Assembly: GCA_002633005.1 (NCBI GenBank)
Contig: NMRA01000736.1
Coordinates: forward strand, 109,844 to 173,843
Source of the DNA: Phoronis australis
Taxonomy: Eukaryota; Animalia; Phoronida
Direction: 5' to 3'
Length of the DNA: 64,000 bases
Position 1 is the first letter of the stretch; every line of letters starts with the position of its first letter. Of the stretch, positions 1 through 12,386 are shown piece after piece. The notes beneath the pieces are model-generated. The model was given only the letters and a program-made list of their open reading frames with translations, made no database searches and was not told the DNA's origin. A program made the position numbers and the translations under genes.

Positions 1-2036
1 TAAACTGTAGCTACATGTATTTATTTATTGCCGCATTCATGACTATTCTCCTCAGTTCTGATCTCGTCTCACTTCTCAGTGAAACTCTCACGCTTCAATC
101 TCCAAATAACTCATCACTGACTTCTCACTGGACTAACACGATGCCTGGTCAGCGTGTCGTCTGTTATTCCTCGCCAGGGGATTTCCCTGACCATTCAATA
201 TTTGGTCGATTTCAACTGTTGTTATATTCAAATTTTTTATTAAATGTTTTCTTTTTAGTAATAAATAGTTGGGCTATGATAAAGTTTTGACCGACTCTTA
301 TAACTGTATTATCGTCACTGCTACCGTTACTGTTAGTATGATACATGTGTACTATCACTTGTAAACTAACCCGTGGCTATGACGCGAGGAGTTTCTGTAA
401 TAAATTAACATTTGGGTGACTTTTCCAATTAAGGAACATTATCGCTTTTCTAACCGAAAACGCGTTTTTTGGGTTATTGATGAATGGGATCAGAGCTGTT
501 AAACTACATGTTTAAACCCATTGTGTTTGTGGTTTTATTACACGAGTCGCTAACATAAATTCTCGCCTTTGTCTGCCTATCGTCCACTGAATTCATGGCC
601 AGTGGCTTAAACAGTAAAACATGGTTAACTAACATTTAGCGAATGAGATTAGCAGAGCAGTTGACATTTATGAGTGGCGTCTGACTGCGTCCTTGAAGAT
701 TCCGAGTTCGAATTAGCCCTGACGCTAATCTTAGAAAATCCCCCTTCTTGCCGATATTTTCATGGCCGAGCAAACACGTTTTGTGAGGAAACGGGGCCAA
801 TACGAAATGTTGGCAGTTGCTTGTGCTTTCCGAATAGTTCAACGCATCATGCAAGCGATTTTATTACGTGTTTGCTGGTAAAAACGGTGTCAATTTAATT
901 TTTAATTTCTCCCAAACTAAATTTTTCATCATCATTTCAGTATCTTGAACTTGAATTGTATTTTTAAAGTTAAAACGGCATTTTAAACAAAAGACAGCTT
1001 CGCTAAAACTTTTGTAAATTCGTCATGGAATGGTTAATCTAACGTCGGGTAAAACGGAAACTAAACTACTGGTTTAAAATCGGCATTATGTTGAGACCAA
1101 GTGTTATTTCCAACTTTTGTCTGGAGTGAAACCCCCAGACTTGAACAACAAGACGAGGTAAACGGTGTCGTTAAATTTCTAGTAGAAACCGAAACATTGG
1201 ATAATAATTTTTCAAATAAATGTTATACGCGCACATGCATGTGTACAAAGCGACATGCACACGGTTCCAATACCACGTAAGAACACATTCTGTGCATGTA
1301 CATGCAAAGTATTTGTTACTTCATAACTTCAACATAAGTTTTCTTCAACATTTCAAATCGTGGTATTTATCTTTGATAGTCCGCCCGGCAATACTTGCTA
1401 TTCTGCAATTACCCCTACCGTGCTAAACATCATCCAATAAAATGAAGTATTATGTAATATTTACTCCCACACTAATGATCAGTGTTGTATTGATTCACCG
1501 TCTTTAATGGTCGACCCGTGTCGTGCTTATTGTCAATAATAAATGCGGTATTATTCACGTAATCATGATAAGGAAATTTACTTTGCAACGTAAGATTGTG
1601 AATAACAATTAAACACGAAGCTTTTTTCTTGGGTAAAAAGCCATTGATCCCAACGCGTTTCTTGTATTGAATAATCGGACTTTTGATGCGAGTCCCACTG
1701 CATTAGCGCCACCTTGTGAACGTTTTGTTTTTGCATCTGCCTTAAGATTAACCAAGTACCTTGGTGGATCTGTTTAATATATTCCAGTTGAGTGGAGCGA
1801 GGAAGATGAAGATTCAGAGAAGAGTCCGATTAGTGTTGCGCCTCCCAATTGAAACTTAGATTTTCTTTGCGCTTCATTGTGTGCCGCGTTCCCCGATAGA
1901 TCTTCATGAAATTTGGCATAATGCTTTTAAGAAGGAAAGGACGTCACCTGTCCAGTTTTACAGTTGCACAGTAAGTTACAAAGTTGGCACTTAAAATACA
2001 TGTAGCAAAGCTATCTGTCTATTTGCCTAAGCTTCA

Positions 2037-2432
2037 GAAAACGTTTAGCGGCCTAACAAGAAACTTGCACATATTATGGTGTTAGAGCCTTTATCGTCGT
2101 GAACTAAAAACCTGGCGCCATATACATGTATTTCAAAAGCAACACAAGCTAAGAGCTGAAATTTTATTATTGTAAAGTTGTATTGTAAACTGTTTGAGGC
2201 CAAAGCTTACGATTTCTGATTCTGATTCTGAAAAACGTTCAGCGGCCTAACAAGAAACGTGCACGTATGGTCTTAGAGCCTTTATCGTCATGAACTATAA
2301 GCCAAGTAATAAAAACCTGGCGCCATATATTTCCAAAGCAACAATGCTAAGAGCTGAAATTTTATTATTGTAAAGTTGTAATGTAAACTGTATTAGTCCA
2401 AAGCTTACGATTTCTAATTCTGATTCTGATTC
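2037..2432. repeat. Tandem duplication of an approximately 195-200 bp unit
   Basis: Two diverged copies (about 2037-2229 and 2230-2432), each running from GAAAACGTTYAGCGGCCTAACAAGAAAC to GCTTACGATTTCT(GATTCT)n. Confidence 0.9.
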
Positions 2433-3185
2433 TTGGAGAACTCTTCGCTTGTACTGTTATGAAATTTCTGTCTCCCCGAGACACGACATCCCCCCGGCCA
2501 ACCCGCGATCGAGAACGACCAGAAGGCGATCGAGAACGAAATTTGGCGCGAGAAGCGAAGCCAGAAAATGTAAGTAAATTTGATGAATTTTTAGTTGTTT
2601 ATGGTTTCAATACGTGAGTTCAAGCCGTAGCACACTGAGGAAGGACAGATATAAGTTTAGGCTAGTGTCTCTTTCAATTATTGAAGAAAAGTTACGTTAA
2701 CCGATGCATCGCTTGAGCCGAAGGTGATTTGTAGGTCATTTTTGCAAATTTTGGTTATTTTTGGCTCTATATCAATATATTAATCATGAAGTTATGAAGA
2801 AATGACGTATGAAAATATAACCCTACACTTGTTTTCCGTAGCATTGCCAGGATCTCGGATTTGTGAACACTTTTCTGTTGAAAGAAGCGACTGCGAACGC
2901 AGTGATAAGCGATCGGGAACCCAAATTCGGGTTCGCTAAAGCTATCGGAAACGCATTGTGGTGTGTTGAACAATAGTGAACTTTTTAGAAATAAAAAGTT
3001 TTAAAAGTTACAAAACAAGTTTGGTGCAATGAATTAACGATGTTTTGCGTCATTACTGTGTTACTTTCGTGTCAAAAACTAAATGTCATAGCATAGCATA
3101 GAATACATTTCGATAAAATCGCCATGAGCACTACATGTACACCGACCGTACTATATTAGTTACGATGATTTTATTTTTATTTCAG

Positions 3186-3400
3186 GAAACAGTTTTATTG
3201 TTATTTCCCGGCAAGCTTCTACGACCATGAAAAAATCATTGCCCACGCCGTGGCGGTGCACCCTTCAAGAATTTAAGTACAGACGTCTCCACTGGGAAAT
3301 TACTGGGGAAATGGGACTCCAAAACTAAGACGCACCCAGGAGTTCTTCCACGAGACGTATCAGTAGGTGGAAAACTTCTTTTGAACATTCCGAGATATGG
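3186..3400 (+). pseudogene. Decayed exon with an N-terminal zinc-finger-like motif inside the TIR element
   Basis: AT|GTAAGT at 2568-2575 spliced to TTTCAG|G at 3185/3186 gives MKQFYCYFPASFYDHEKIIAHAVAVHP (C2H2-like, one Cys missing), followed by a stop or frameshift. Confidence 0.4.
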
Positions 3401-3537
3401 ACTCCACTGGACAAGGGACACAAAAACTAGACTCCATTCTTCATATGATGACAGCAGTTATAGATTTAGACAACTGCAGAATTGACCCAAGCAGGCAAGC
3501 ATGAGTTGGAATCAAGCTTGTTTCCTACGCATGACCG

Positions 3538-3898
3538 ACTGTAAAATACGTGAACGTATCGACTTTTGTGTTTGATATTTGACCAAAATAGTACGTTTTA
3601 GTTAAAAATTTGAAAATATTGAGGCAACAAAAATGGAAACATTTGGTGGATAAAAATTGAAACAAGTAAAAATGTTTCACATACCCATCCACAGAGCTGT
3701 GACAGGAAAAAAAGTTTTGAGGGCGATCTAAGCGTAAATTTATTTTCACAGAGGAGCTCGTATGTAAAATCAAAATAGTTAGTAATTAGTCGAACTGTAA
3801 GAAATGATATTAATTTAATCAACTAGCTTGTCGGATTTTAATTGTAAAAGGTACCGCTAAAAATTTGAATTGTTTCAAATACATTCACGTTTACAGGT
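3538..3898. mobile_element. Probable MITE nested in the 4-kb element
   Basis: Imperfect inverted ends CTGTAAAATACGTGAACGTAT and ATACATTCACGTTTACAG around an AT-rich interior. Confidence 0.45.
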
Positions 3899-5384
3899 TT
3901 CATCTTCAATGAAACCCCCTACTTGTTTTCTGATCATTCTATATGTCAACCACAGGAGCCGGAGTGTATCCAGTGAGACAGTTTGAGTCCGATGAAACCC
4001 AAGAATGTTTTCGCGGCCAAACGCAAGGCATTCATTCTGCATTAGTTTCTAGTCTCATACATGTAACTCCAAGGTTAGTGTTATGTGATACACGTTAACA
4101 GTAATCGTTTTCTTGTATACATTACTTTTTTCCGTAGTCAACTTTCTCTTTTTTCGCCTTTCATCTATTCATTGGCATAATGTCACGTATTTTTGCTGAT
4201 AAAGGCACGTTAAGCGCGATTGTTTTAAAAAATATTCAAATCGTGGCATTGTCAAATAAGCACGGCCTTCATGAGCGCCGGGTCAAAATACCCTCTAATA
4301 AATAAACGTCCAAGTGCTTATGCGTGATATTACGGTATATCCACTACTTCGAAAAACACTAGTGACAAGTGTAATGCTGTTTACAGGCAAGCGTCGAAAG
4401 TTTCAATGGAGAATTGATTATTAATTAAATTTTGAGACCTCATGAGGTAGTAACCCTTTCATTCTCTTCAGTAGACGACATACATGTACGATACAAAATT
4501 CAAGATTCCTTTTTCCAGGGACCATCACTTTGATTCGGAGCAAAGGGATCGGAAGAAGCATCTCCGGGAAAGCAGGGAGAGTCTCGTTGCCAAGTGCGTC
4601 CGCCCATGGTGAGAAAGGAGTGCGACAACACCATTCGCGAGATGACTCTAAGATACCTGCTCATAAGCGACTCGGGTTTAAAAATTTGTCGGAAGTTGTG
4701 TAGCCAAAAGTATTGTGGTGATAAAAGTGGTGGATTTTGTTTGATGGTTTACTTTTAACATCCATATAGAGTTGAACAGACTGACTTGCTACATCCTTGT
4801 GGCTTGCATGCGTTTTGTGTTCTTGGTCATGAGTTCACCGTACTATTTCAGTTCACGGGACATTAAAAAAGAGTGAGAGTAGTTGTAATACACATACTAT
4901 ATTATGATTTTCTCAAAACGTAGTCGCAGTGTTGTCTTTAAGTCATTTCAAGACACACTATTGTAAATAAACTGGAAACCAACAATATGAAGGCAAATTC
5001 CATGATAATAGTAATCTTCAAATCATACATATCTCAAAATTGGTCTTGAAAAGTATATAAAGTATAGCTCAGGGAAATCAACATTACAAAGTCATTGAAC
5101 ATTTCCCACGAGGTATTTTGGAATGCATTGCACTTATTATAGACACATGTTTTCTTTTAAAAATGTTATGGTAATAACAATGGTCAATGGCACTTAGTAT
5201 GGTCATTTAAATCTACCTAAACACTACAAAAATGCACTGGTTCTGTTAAAGATAGTTAAAATAACACAAATATAGAAACTTTAGGAAAAAAGTTCAAAAT
5301 ATCACATCTGGCAACTGCCAACCATAAGCTCTTTTAATCTGAATAAAAACTTAACAAATTTCACTGCTGGACTTTATGAAGTTT

Positions 5385-5879
5385 CTGCTTTTTATGCCTG
5401 CAGAGGGAGGCATAATGTATTTACGACTTGCCGTATTCACAAAAGAAAGCAGTAACCTCATGTTGTTACGCAATGTGTCGCTTTAGCCGCACTTTCTCTG
5501 TGAAACGTTGATTGCAGGTACGACACTGAATATTGTCTTGTCTCCTGAGCACAATGCTTCATGTTGTGAGTTCTTGTACCTATTGAAATACTTTTTGCCA
5601 CATGAAACACATGAAAATGCTTTGTAGTTTGCGTGCTGACTCATGTGATCTTGAAACTTTGTTTGTCTCAGGAACACTTCCCCACAGTCAGTCATTGGGC
5701 AGGTGAACGTCTTGGTTGCAGTCGTGTCACAATGCTTCGTTGCCATCTGGTCAAGCAGTGTTGATGTTTTAATAAACGAAGCTCCACGAGTCACAAATAG
5801 TCCTTAGTCACGTGCACTAGTTCTCCTTTTGGAGGAGACGTTAACAAGCAAAAAGACTCATCTTGTGGCAGAAGTTCAA
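5385..5879 (-). pseudogene. Decayed multi-C2H2 zinc-finger exon inside the TIR element
   Basis: Fingers FTCPMTDCGEVF..FQDHMSQH and FSCVSCGKKYF..HEALC, then after a frameshift QCRTCNQRF..LKRHIA*QH and FFCEYGKS*..LCRHKKQKLH. Acceptor-like TTTTTCAG at about 5880. Confidence 0.75.
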
Positions 5880-6975
5880 CTGAAAAATATCAAAAGCATT
5901 TCAGTTATACTTGTTAGGTTAAATCTCACAAAAATCATGAAAAACAGTGAAGTAAAATAAACAATCAACCCATCGTCTATTTCAGGGTACGTATTAAGTG
6001 TAAAATTGACATAACACCGTAACTTGAACGAGTATACAGGCCAGTGCAGAGAAAAAAGAATGTGCGTTCACGATCGCCGTCTCACACAAGGACCAGCTTG
6101 TATTCGTACATACATGTATCCCGAATTGTTTCACAAAACATAACGAAAGATGTCACCTGGGGCAATGAAGCTCTAAACGTCAGACTTCTTTACTTTAGAA
6201 CCCTAAAAGTGCTAAAAACAAGTAAAACTTGTCGACTTTACGACGAGCAAGGCTTTTTATCGGAAACCATTACCCTCTGGGCCCTTTATTTGATAAAATA
6301 AGCAAAAACTAAGCATCATTTCAGATCGGCAACAAAGGCTAAGCTCTGACGCTTTTCTTTGTGTCGCACTCGTACCAAAATAACCACTATTTAAGAAGAA
6401 AATGACACTAAAACTCAGAGAGTACATCGCTGTCGTTTGCCATTTTTTAGCAAAGTCTCGTTCTCGATCGCTTTCCGGTCGTTCCCGATCGCGGGTTGGC
6501 CGGGATGGACATTATTCATATCTAACAGGGCGATCGATTTGGCAATAAGCGTGATGAAATAACTATTTTTGACAGAAGTGTTGTCAACAAACCCCGATGC
6601 TAAGAGAGGTTAGGATTGATTCAAGCCTAGCAGTTTGTTGTCACAATGACGACCTCAGGTGCTGTCCGTAGCGCAAAGTTGCTGTTAGGAGAAAAAGCGA
6701 GATCACTTAAAACCCCGTCACGCCGGTGAAGGGTGTTTCGCCAGTAGCTCCTGAAATTCCTAGTGCGTGAATTAGCAAAATGATCGCCACAGTATCGAGT
6801 GGACAGTCAGACTGGACTGTTGATTTATGGGAGAACACTCAAGTCTTTCCACGTTCCAAAATCGAAAATTTGTCTTGCGCTCCCAGAATATGTCACTTAT
6901 CCAGCAAAAGGCATACTACATGTATGTCGCGCGAACAGAAAATCAACATGGCAACACGCGTGCCGGTTCATGTGG

Positions 6976-7376
6976 CCGGCTGCATGAAACAGTCCCAAAT
7001 AGGGACTCAACTAAGGTCCTCAAGTCTGTTTGTGTATTTGTGTCTTTATGGACTCACAGATGCAATATTTTTCTATCATTTCATCTTTATTATGAGCTCC
7101 TCTTTGATAATGACATTCTCTAAAAACTGAGTTCATTGAAAATAAATAGAGGACTCACTCCTTAAATTGGGGGTGTTGCATGAACAGGTCCTTAATTATT
7201 TTCGATAATAAAAATAATTCAACGTAGAGTTCACTCTCGATTTGTATCAATGTCAAAAGGTAATGAAACTAAAACGATAAAAGTAAGGGCAATCGGTGTT
7301 TCCACAAGTCCAAAAGTTCGCAGTAGATTTAGGGAACTTAGTTGAGTCCCTATTCGGGACTGTTTCATGCAACCGG
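6976..7376. repeat. Inverted repeat pair (foldback or MITE-like)
   Basis: CCGGCTGCATGAAACAGTCCCAAATAGGGACTCAACTAAG at about 6976-7015 is the near-exact reverse complement of about 7337-7376. Weaker homology extends on both sides. Confidence 0.75.
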
Positions 7377-7969
7377 GCACTGGAGTCCGCTGCGTGCTCC
7401 AGCAGCCGAAATGAGACATGCGCGCATGATACGTGTATAGTGCACCGATTTTGCCAGTGCACGTCTGAAAAGATATCTTATATGTGTAATGAAAATACAC
7501 CTCAACGCTTGCCTACGTAATAAATGGTCATGCCTATAAGCTTTCCTACACTGTTCAAATTCGGGATTAGTGCACTGGGGGCCGCTAGTGTACAACTGAC
7601 CGTTATTTACATTCACATGTCACAAGAAATCTTCGTCTGACAGAATGATGACCAAATTGACTTATGGCCAGTTGAGTACTTACTGTGAGTTTCCGTAACT
7701 TGCAGTGCCACTTGACCGAAGTGCCCTTCGACTTCTCAGTAACCGCGGCAGGCAAAATCACTGAAGACAGACAGTTTGTCACGCGTTACAAAAATTCAAG
7801 CTAATCCAATAGTAGGTACTTCTAACAATGGACTAAACTTCGCAATCCAAGCAAACCCAAGTTTAATTAGGCTATTTTAGACATTCTATGCCTTGACCTG
7901 TGGAAAAGGTTATTAGTAGCACTTTGCTTCAGGACACCAATTGTGATGTTAACATGACGGCGTTCTGTC

Positions 7970-8460
7970 GTTCAGCAACTTTGCCAGATGTGAGGAGTTC
8001 TGAACGTGCGATAACATCTGGCTCCTTTGTGAATTGTCCAACTCAGTCTTTTGTCCCGTATGACAACAAGTAGGCCAATTATCTCCCAGGCTTCAAAAGG
8101 TTACTGAAACCTGGCAAATGCATTGTCTTAACTTGTGTTGTACTAGCTGGGCGATTTTGGTGATTCAAAAAACTAAACATGATCAGCATTTGACAAGGAA
8201 TTCAAAAATGCTATTGGTTTGGTTTGAGTTCAAATATGTTATAACTTAACTTTCATTTTTAGCAGTACAGCCCAGTCAGGCTACATACAATCTGGTCGTA
8301 GATTAGAGCAATTATCGAACAAATGAAAGCCGGCCCTCCAACCATAAATGCCAGAATGGAGTTAATCAGTCGTGTAATTGGCTCCAGGGGTGATCTTCCA
8401 ACTTGCTGTTGTGCTATAGAATCGAACAAGTTGGGAGCAACGGGAAAACGCCGTAATGCT
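7970..8460 (+). repeat. Interspersed repeat, copy A (similar to 45200-45718)
   Basis: Shared collinear blocks GATAACATCT, CAGTCTTTTGTC, GCCAATTATCT, GGGCGATTTTGG.GATTCAAAAA, GAGTTAATCAGTCGTGTAA and GGGAGCAACGGGAAAACGCCGTAATGC. Confidence 0.85.
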
Positions 8461-11400
8461 ACCTAACTAAATAACGAGTTAATAAACTTCCACTAATTTT
8501 CCCCACAAATGCAAAAATGTCTGGTACTAGACACAAATTTACTTTTATAATACTTTCTCCTGCAATTGAACTCATAGGCCTACTGACCACTGTGCACTTT
8601 TGTTTTATTGACTTCGACCGTGACTCACTGATAAATTCCCCTCATTTACATGACGTCACAAAACTACATGGTCCCGGACTAATTGTTGACATGTTCCGTT
8701 CTACTTGAACTCACAAACACAAGATCAGTGTGTACATGTATAATTCTGTGCTCGAGTATGTTATGGTTCGCGCGGAACACTTTATCATGTGGAGAATTTC
8801 TCGCTTACATGTACACAGGTCACCGCTCTGAGTCCCTAAGCCTCAGACAACTTTGACGATCCCTATTCAGCACGTCCTTTGCATTGATGTAGATCTGAGC
8901 TAATGAAGTGGAAAGGTAACAGCTAGCACTACTTTCTTAACAATGGTAGTCGATATTACACGGAAATTGTTTTTCTCTGGCATTTGCACAGAGTTAAAGC
9001 CTGCAATATGGAGGACAGCCGTTTTAACTTGGTACATTTTAAATATGTCAAAAAGATTAAAAAGTTAATTTGCGTTGATCTTGACAAAGGGCGAATTCCC
9101 GAAGGAACGTTGGTTTTAAATATGTTTCATACCTGTTATCATTACTTTATTTTAATACTCCTGTCTACTTGTTTTTCTTTCTTACCGGTTAGGGTTGGTA
9201 TCTTTTTGTTTTGTGTTTAACCGAAGCATCAAAACAACTTAAAAGTCAGTTAATTGTGAACCAGCCCCTGAATTTTCCAGCTACAACAAACATGTCACAG
9301 CAAACAAAACTCCACGTGTCATTAGTTCAAGTTCAATCTTCATTAGAACTCAAATCATGAAATATATACAAATGTGATAGCCAAACTGAAGATCTGGAAC
9401 CTCTGGACAATTTTGGTTGCAGTAACTACACAACTATTCTAGCTTTTCCTCAGTCATAAAAATGAAATCACAGCTCTTGCCTACCGACCAACCGCATCCA
9501 CTGCTTGCACTCTCTCGAAATTGGAGCACTTCCGCGAATAGCAGTTTTCGTGTTGGAGTACTACTCCTGGATTAAAGTAGTTCGGCATGCACTAGTCCAT
9601 AAGCGATGTTTTAAAAATTATCGATCTCTAAATTAGTCACTGTGTGTTGTTCACTGATGTTTCAATGTAGCTTAGTTGTACAACTGTATATTAAAGTAAT
9701 CCACGTGATACTCTTACATGTAACTCTGATCAGCGTTTGTAAATTACTGGGTATATCAATACGCACAGTCGTTTATCTTAAATCAAACCCAATATTTGTA
9801 GTTTTTAGCTTATTAGTTCATCGATTTTCAAAAATCGAAAAAAACTTGGTTGTTTTTTCCATCTGAATACAGCTGTGGTATTTGTATTTAACGAAAACTG
9901 ATTGTTAGATGCATTTTGAAAATTCGCCAGTATGTACAGGCGGAGGTGTTCACTACATTTTATGGTCGAGTAATTACACGTAATTGGGTGAAAAGTCACT
10001 CATATCTTTAGAAATGCGTGACTTTCGTGTAAGCGTATTATTCACGGCATGATAATCACAGTTTGCACTTGGTGACCCCAGCGTTAAAGCAACCGGCATA
10101 AGTTTGTTTTTACTGTGTGTAGCTCAAATATAGGGATCGTCTGTGTAAACCATAATGTTCTCGGCCGTATTTTTTTCTAAAAAAATCACAAAAACCAAAA
10201 ACACTTTACTGTTTTATAGCTTTGATCATAGCTTATGACTTCAAAAAGTTCACCCCAGCGACAATATCCCTTTAAGGTTACGCGTCTGTGTTAATCGTTC
10301 AGAGTTTTAAAGCAAAACTATTTTCGCGCTGTTTTTACGCTGCCAACTCGCTGAAAATAGAATGCAGCTGAATCGTGTGCACATGTCGACCAAAGAAGAG
10401 TACGGCAATGCACGTGAGAACCTGTTTGCAATATGTGAATGGAACTATTCACCTATATTGGAAGATTCAGATACCGGGGGTACATGTATAGGGGCGTCCA
10501 AGTAAATTTATTTTTGACTGGAATATTAACACAGTTGGGAAATTCCTGTCAACCACTAGTTGTCAATCCTGGTTGTACATGTAAAATCTGAAACACGCCC
10601 GTTGAGCCAGGTGAACCAGCAAATGCATGTACACTTACATCTGATTAGTTTGTCGTCATGGGGAAACCAATCAAATGTTCTTATCAATTCTGGGGAGTGG
10701 ATCGGTTGCAGCAAATGAACAAGGTCCACACGTGACGTAAAATTAACACTTGCGGCAGATTTCACGTGAATTTTTACTTCGATGATTGTATCAATTCGTG
10801 CAGTAAACTTTTACACTATATGGCATCAATTTGACATCGATAAGCGCGGAAGCTTGTCTCGATCTTTTTAGCGGGCGCATATTACCTCTTTCACTATATA
10901 ATAAAGGGATGTTCACCTGTACATGTACACCAGCTTCCGTCCAGCCGCAATTATGCCTTCTAGAAGTTTCAAAAGGTTTTCAATCTCGATACAGCGTGAC
11001 GTGCTTGTCGATTGCTAGCTACTCTGCGATTCCACTGTCAATGAATGACTCCAGTCGAAGGTCGGCAGTAGCTAATCACAGTGTCTAAGTACAAGAGCGT
11101 CACGCAGTGGCGAGACTAAGAACATCGCGACACTTTTAGAAGGTATAATTATAGCTACATGTAGATAGAATGTATAAGGTATCTCTCTTATTACAAGAAT
11201 AGAACAGTGAGCTATGTTATCAAAATCCAGATAACCTCCAAGTCGATGAAAGTCACTGGATAGTTTCCGTAACCTGTGCGAATGCACATAACGGAGGGAG
11301 TCAAATGTCCTCACTGCTTGACAAGTCTAGTGACAAGGGCATCTTTGATGTCCAACAAACTTTCGGAAAATACACTGCTGTTTGAATCTGTATTTCATCA

Positions 11401-12386
11401 CATGCAATATGTGATTCGGAAACAAAACATGTTCGGGTCAGAGCTTGATTACACAAACAATGCGTGTCAGGCCAGCGTCGTAATTCACTTGTCTAGAGAG
11501 CTGTATAAACTGACCACATTTTGCTTTTTGAATTTGATTACAAAAAATACCACTCCTTGTAGTCGCACGTGTATTTTCAACCCAATTATGGGTTTCGAAG
11601 TGCTACAAGCTTCGATGGAAATGGACGAAGGCAAATAGGTTTATTCAAATTTATCATGTCATGATCGCTAACACGGTTTTCGTTTCAGTGATTGTTATAT
11701 TAGTTTAAATATGGAAGTAATTTACTCCGGAATTTATCTCGCTGAGGTTTGGTTAGTTGCGCGCCAATGCTGGCAACGAATGCCCTTGTCATCGTTATCA
11801 GCATTTTTGTTAAGCTCGAACAATTATCCCGGTTTTATAGTTACGTAAATCCTTATTTGATACAGTACATGTACATAATATCTTGTCAAGTGAATCCTAT
11901 AAGAAAACTATTTGCCGATTTTTTCAGAAACGTCTGCAATTTTTGCCATTTTTGAATTCGGACATCTCGAATGCATTACGCTGCATTGCGCAGTGAATGG
12001 TAAGGGGTAAAAATATTCCACGAACCATCTTCGATTTTTCAAACCTTTCGTAAAGACAGAGATCGTGTAACTTCGCCCTATAGTTTACAAAACAGCCACA
12101 GGCTTCGCATACCGAAGTCAGCCATTACAGGAATGTCAAAAACAAAAACAGCACAGCTGTTCAGCATGGTAGGGAGCTATGGATGACACAGTGTTCACAG
12201 AAACATCCCATTACCATTTCCTAATGTTGCAGCATTGTGATGAATTTCTTATGATTTCCATAAGTTGAACTTAGTGAATCATGAAAACAATCTTAAGAAC
12301 TTTTCTTAAGATTATTTCCGTGAGTCACTTTGTTCAGTTGCACAACATTGCTGTCCTGGTCATACCTATATCAAGCAGCCCATGTA

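Larger units (their letters stand above)
2490..6507. mobile_element. Approximately 4.0-kb DNA transposon with about 55-bp TIRs (unclassified, possibly CMC/EnSpm-like), decayed
   Basis: Left end CCCGGCCAACCCGCGATCGAGAACGACCAGAAGGCGATCGAGAACGA matches the reverse complement of about 6458-6504. GACAT flanks both sides (2485-2489 and 6508-6512). Confidence 0.8.
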
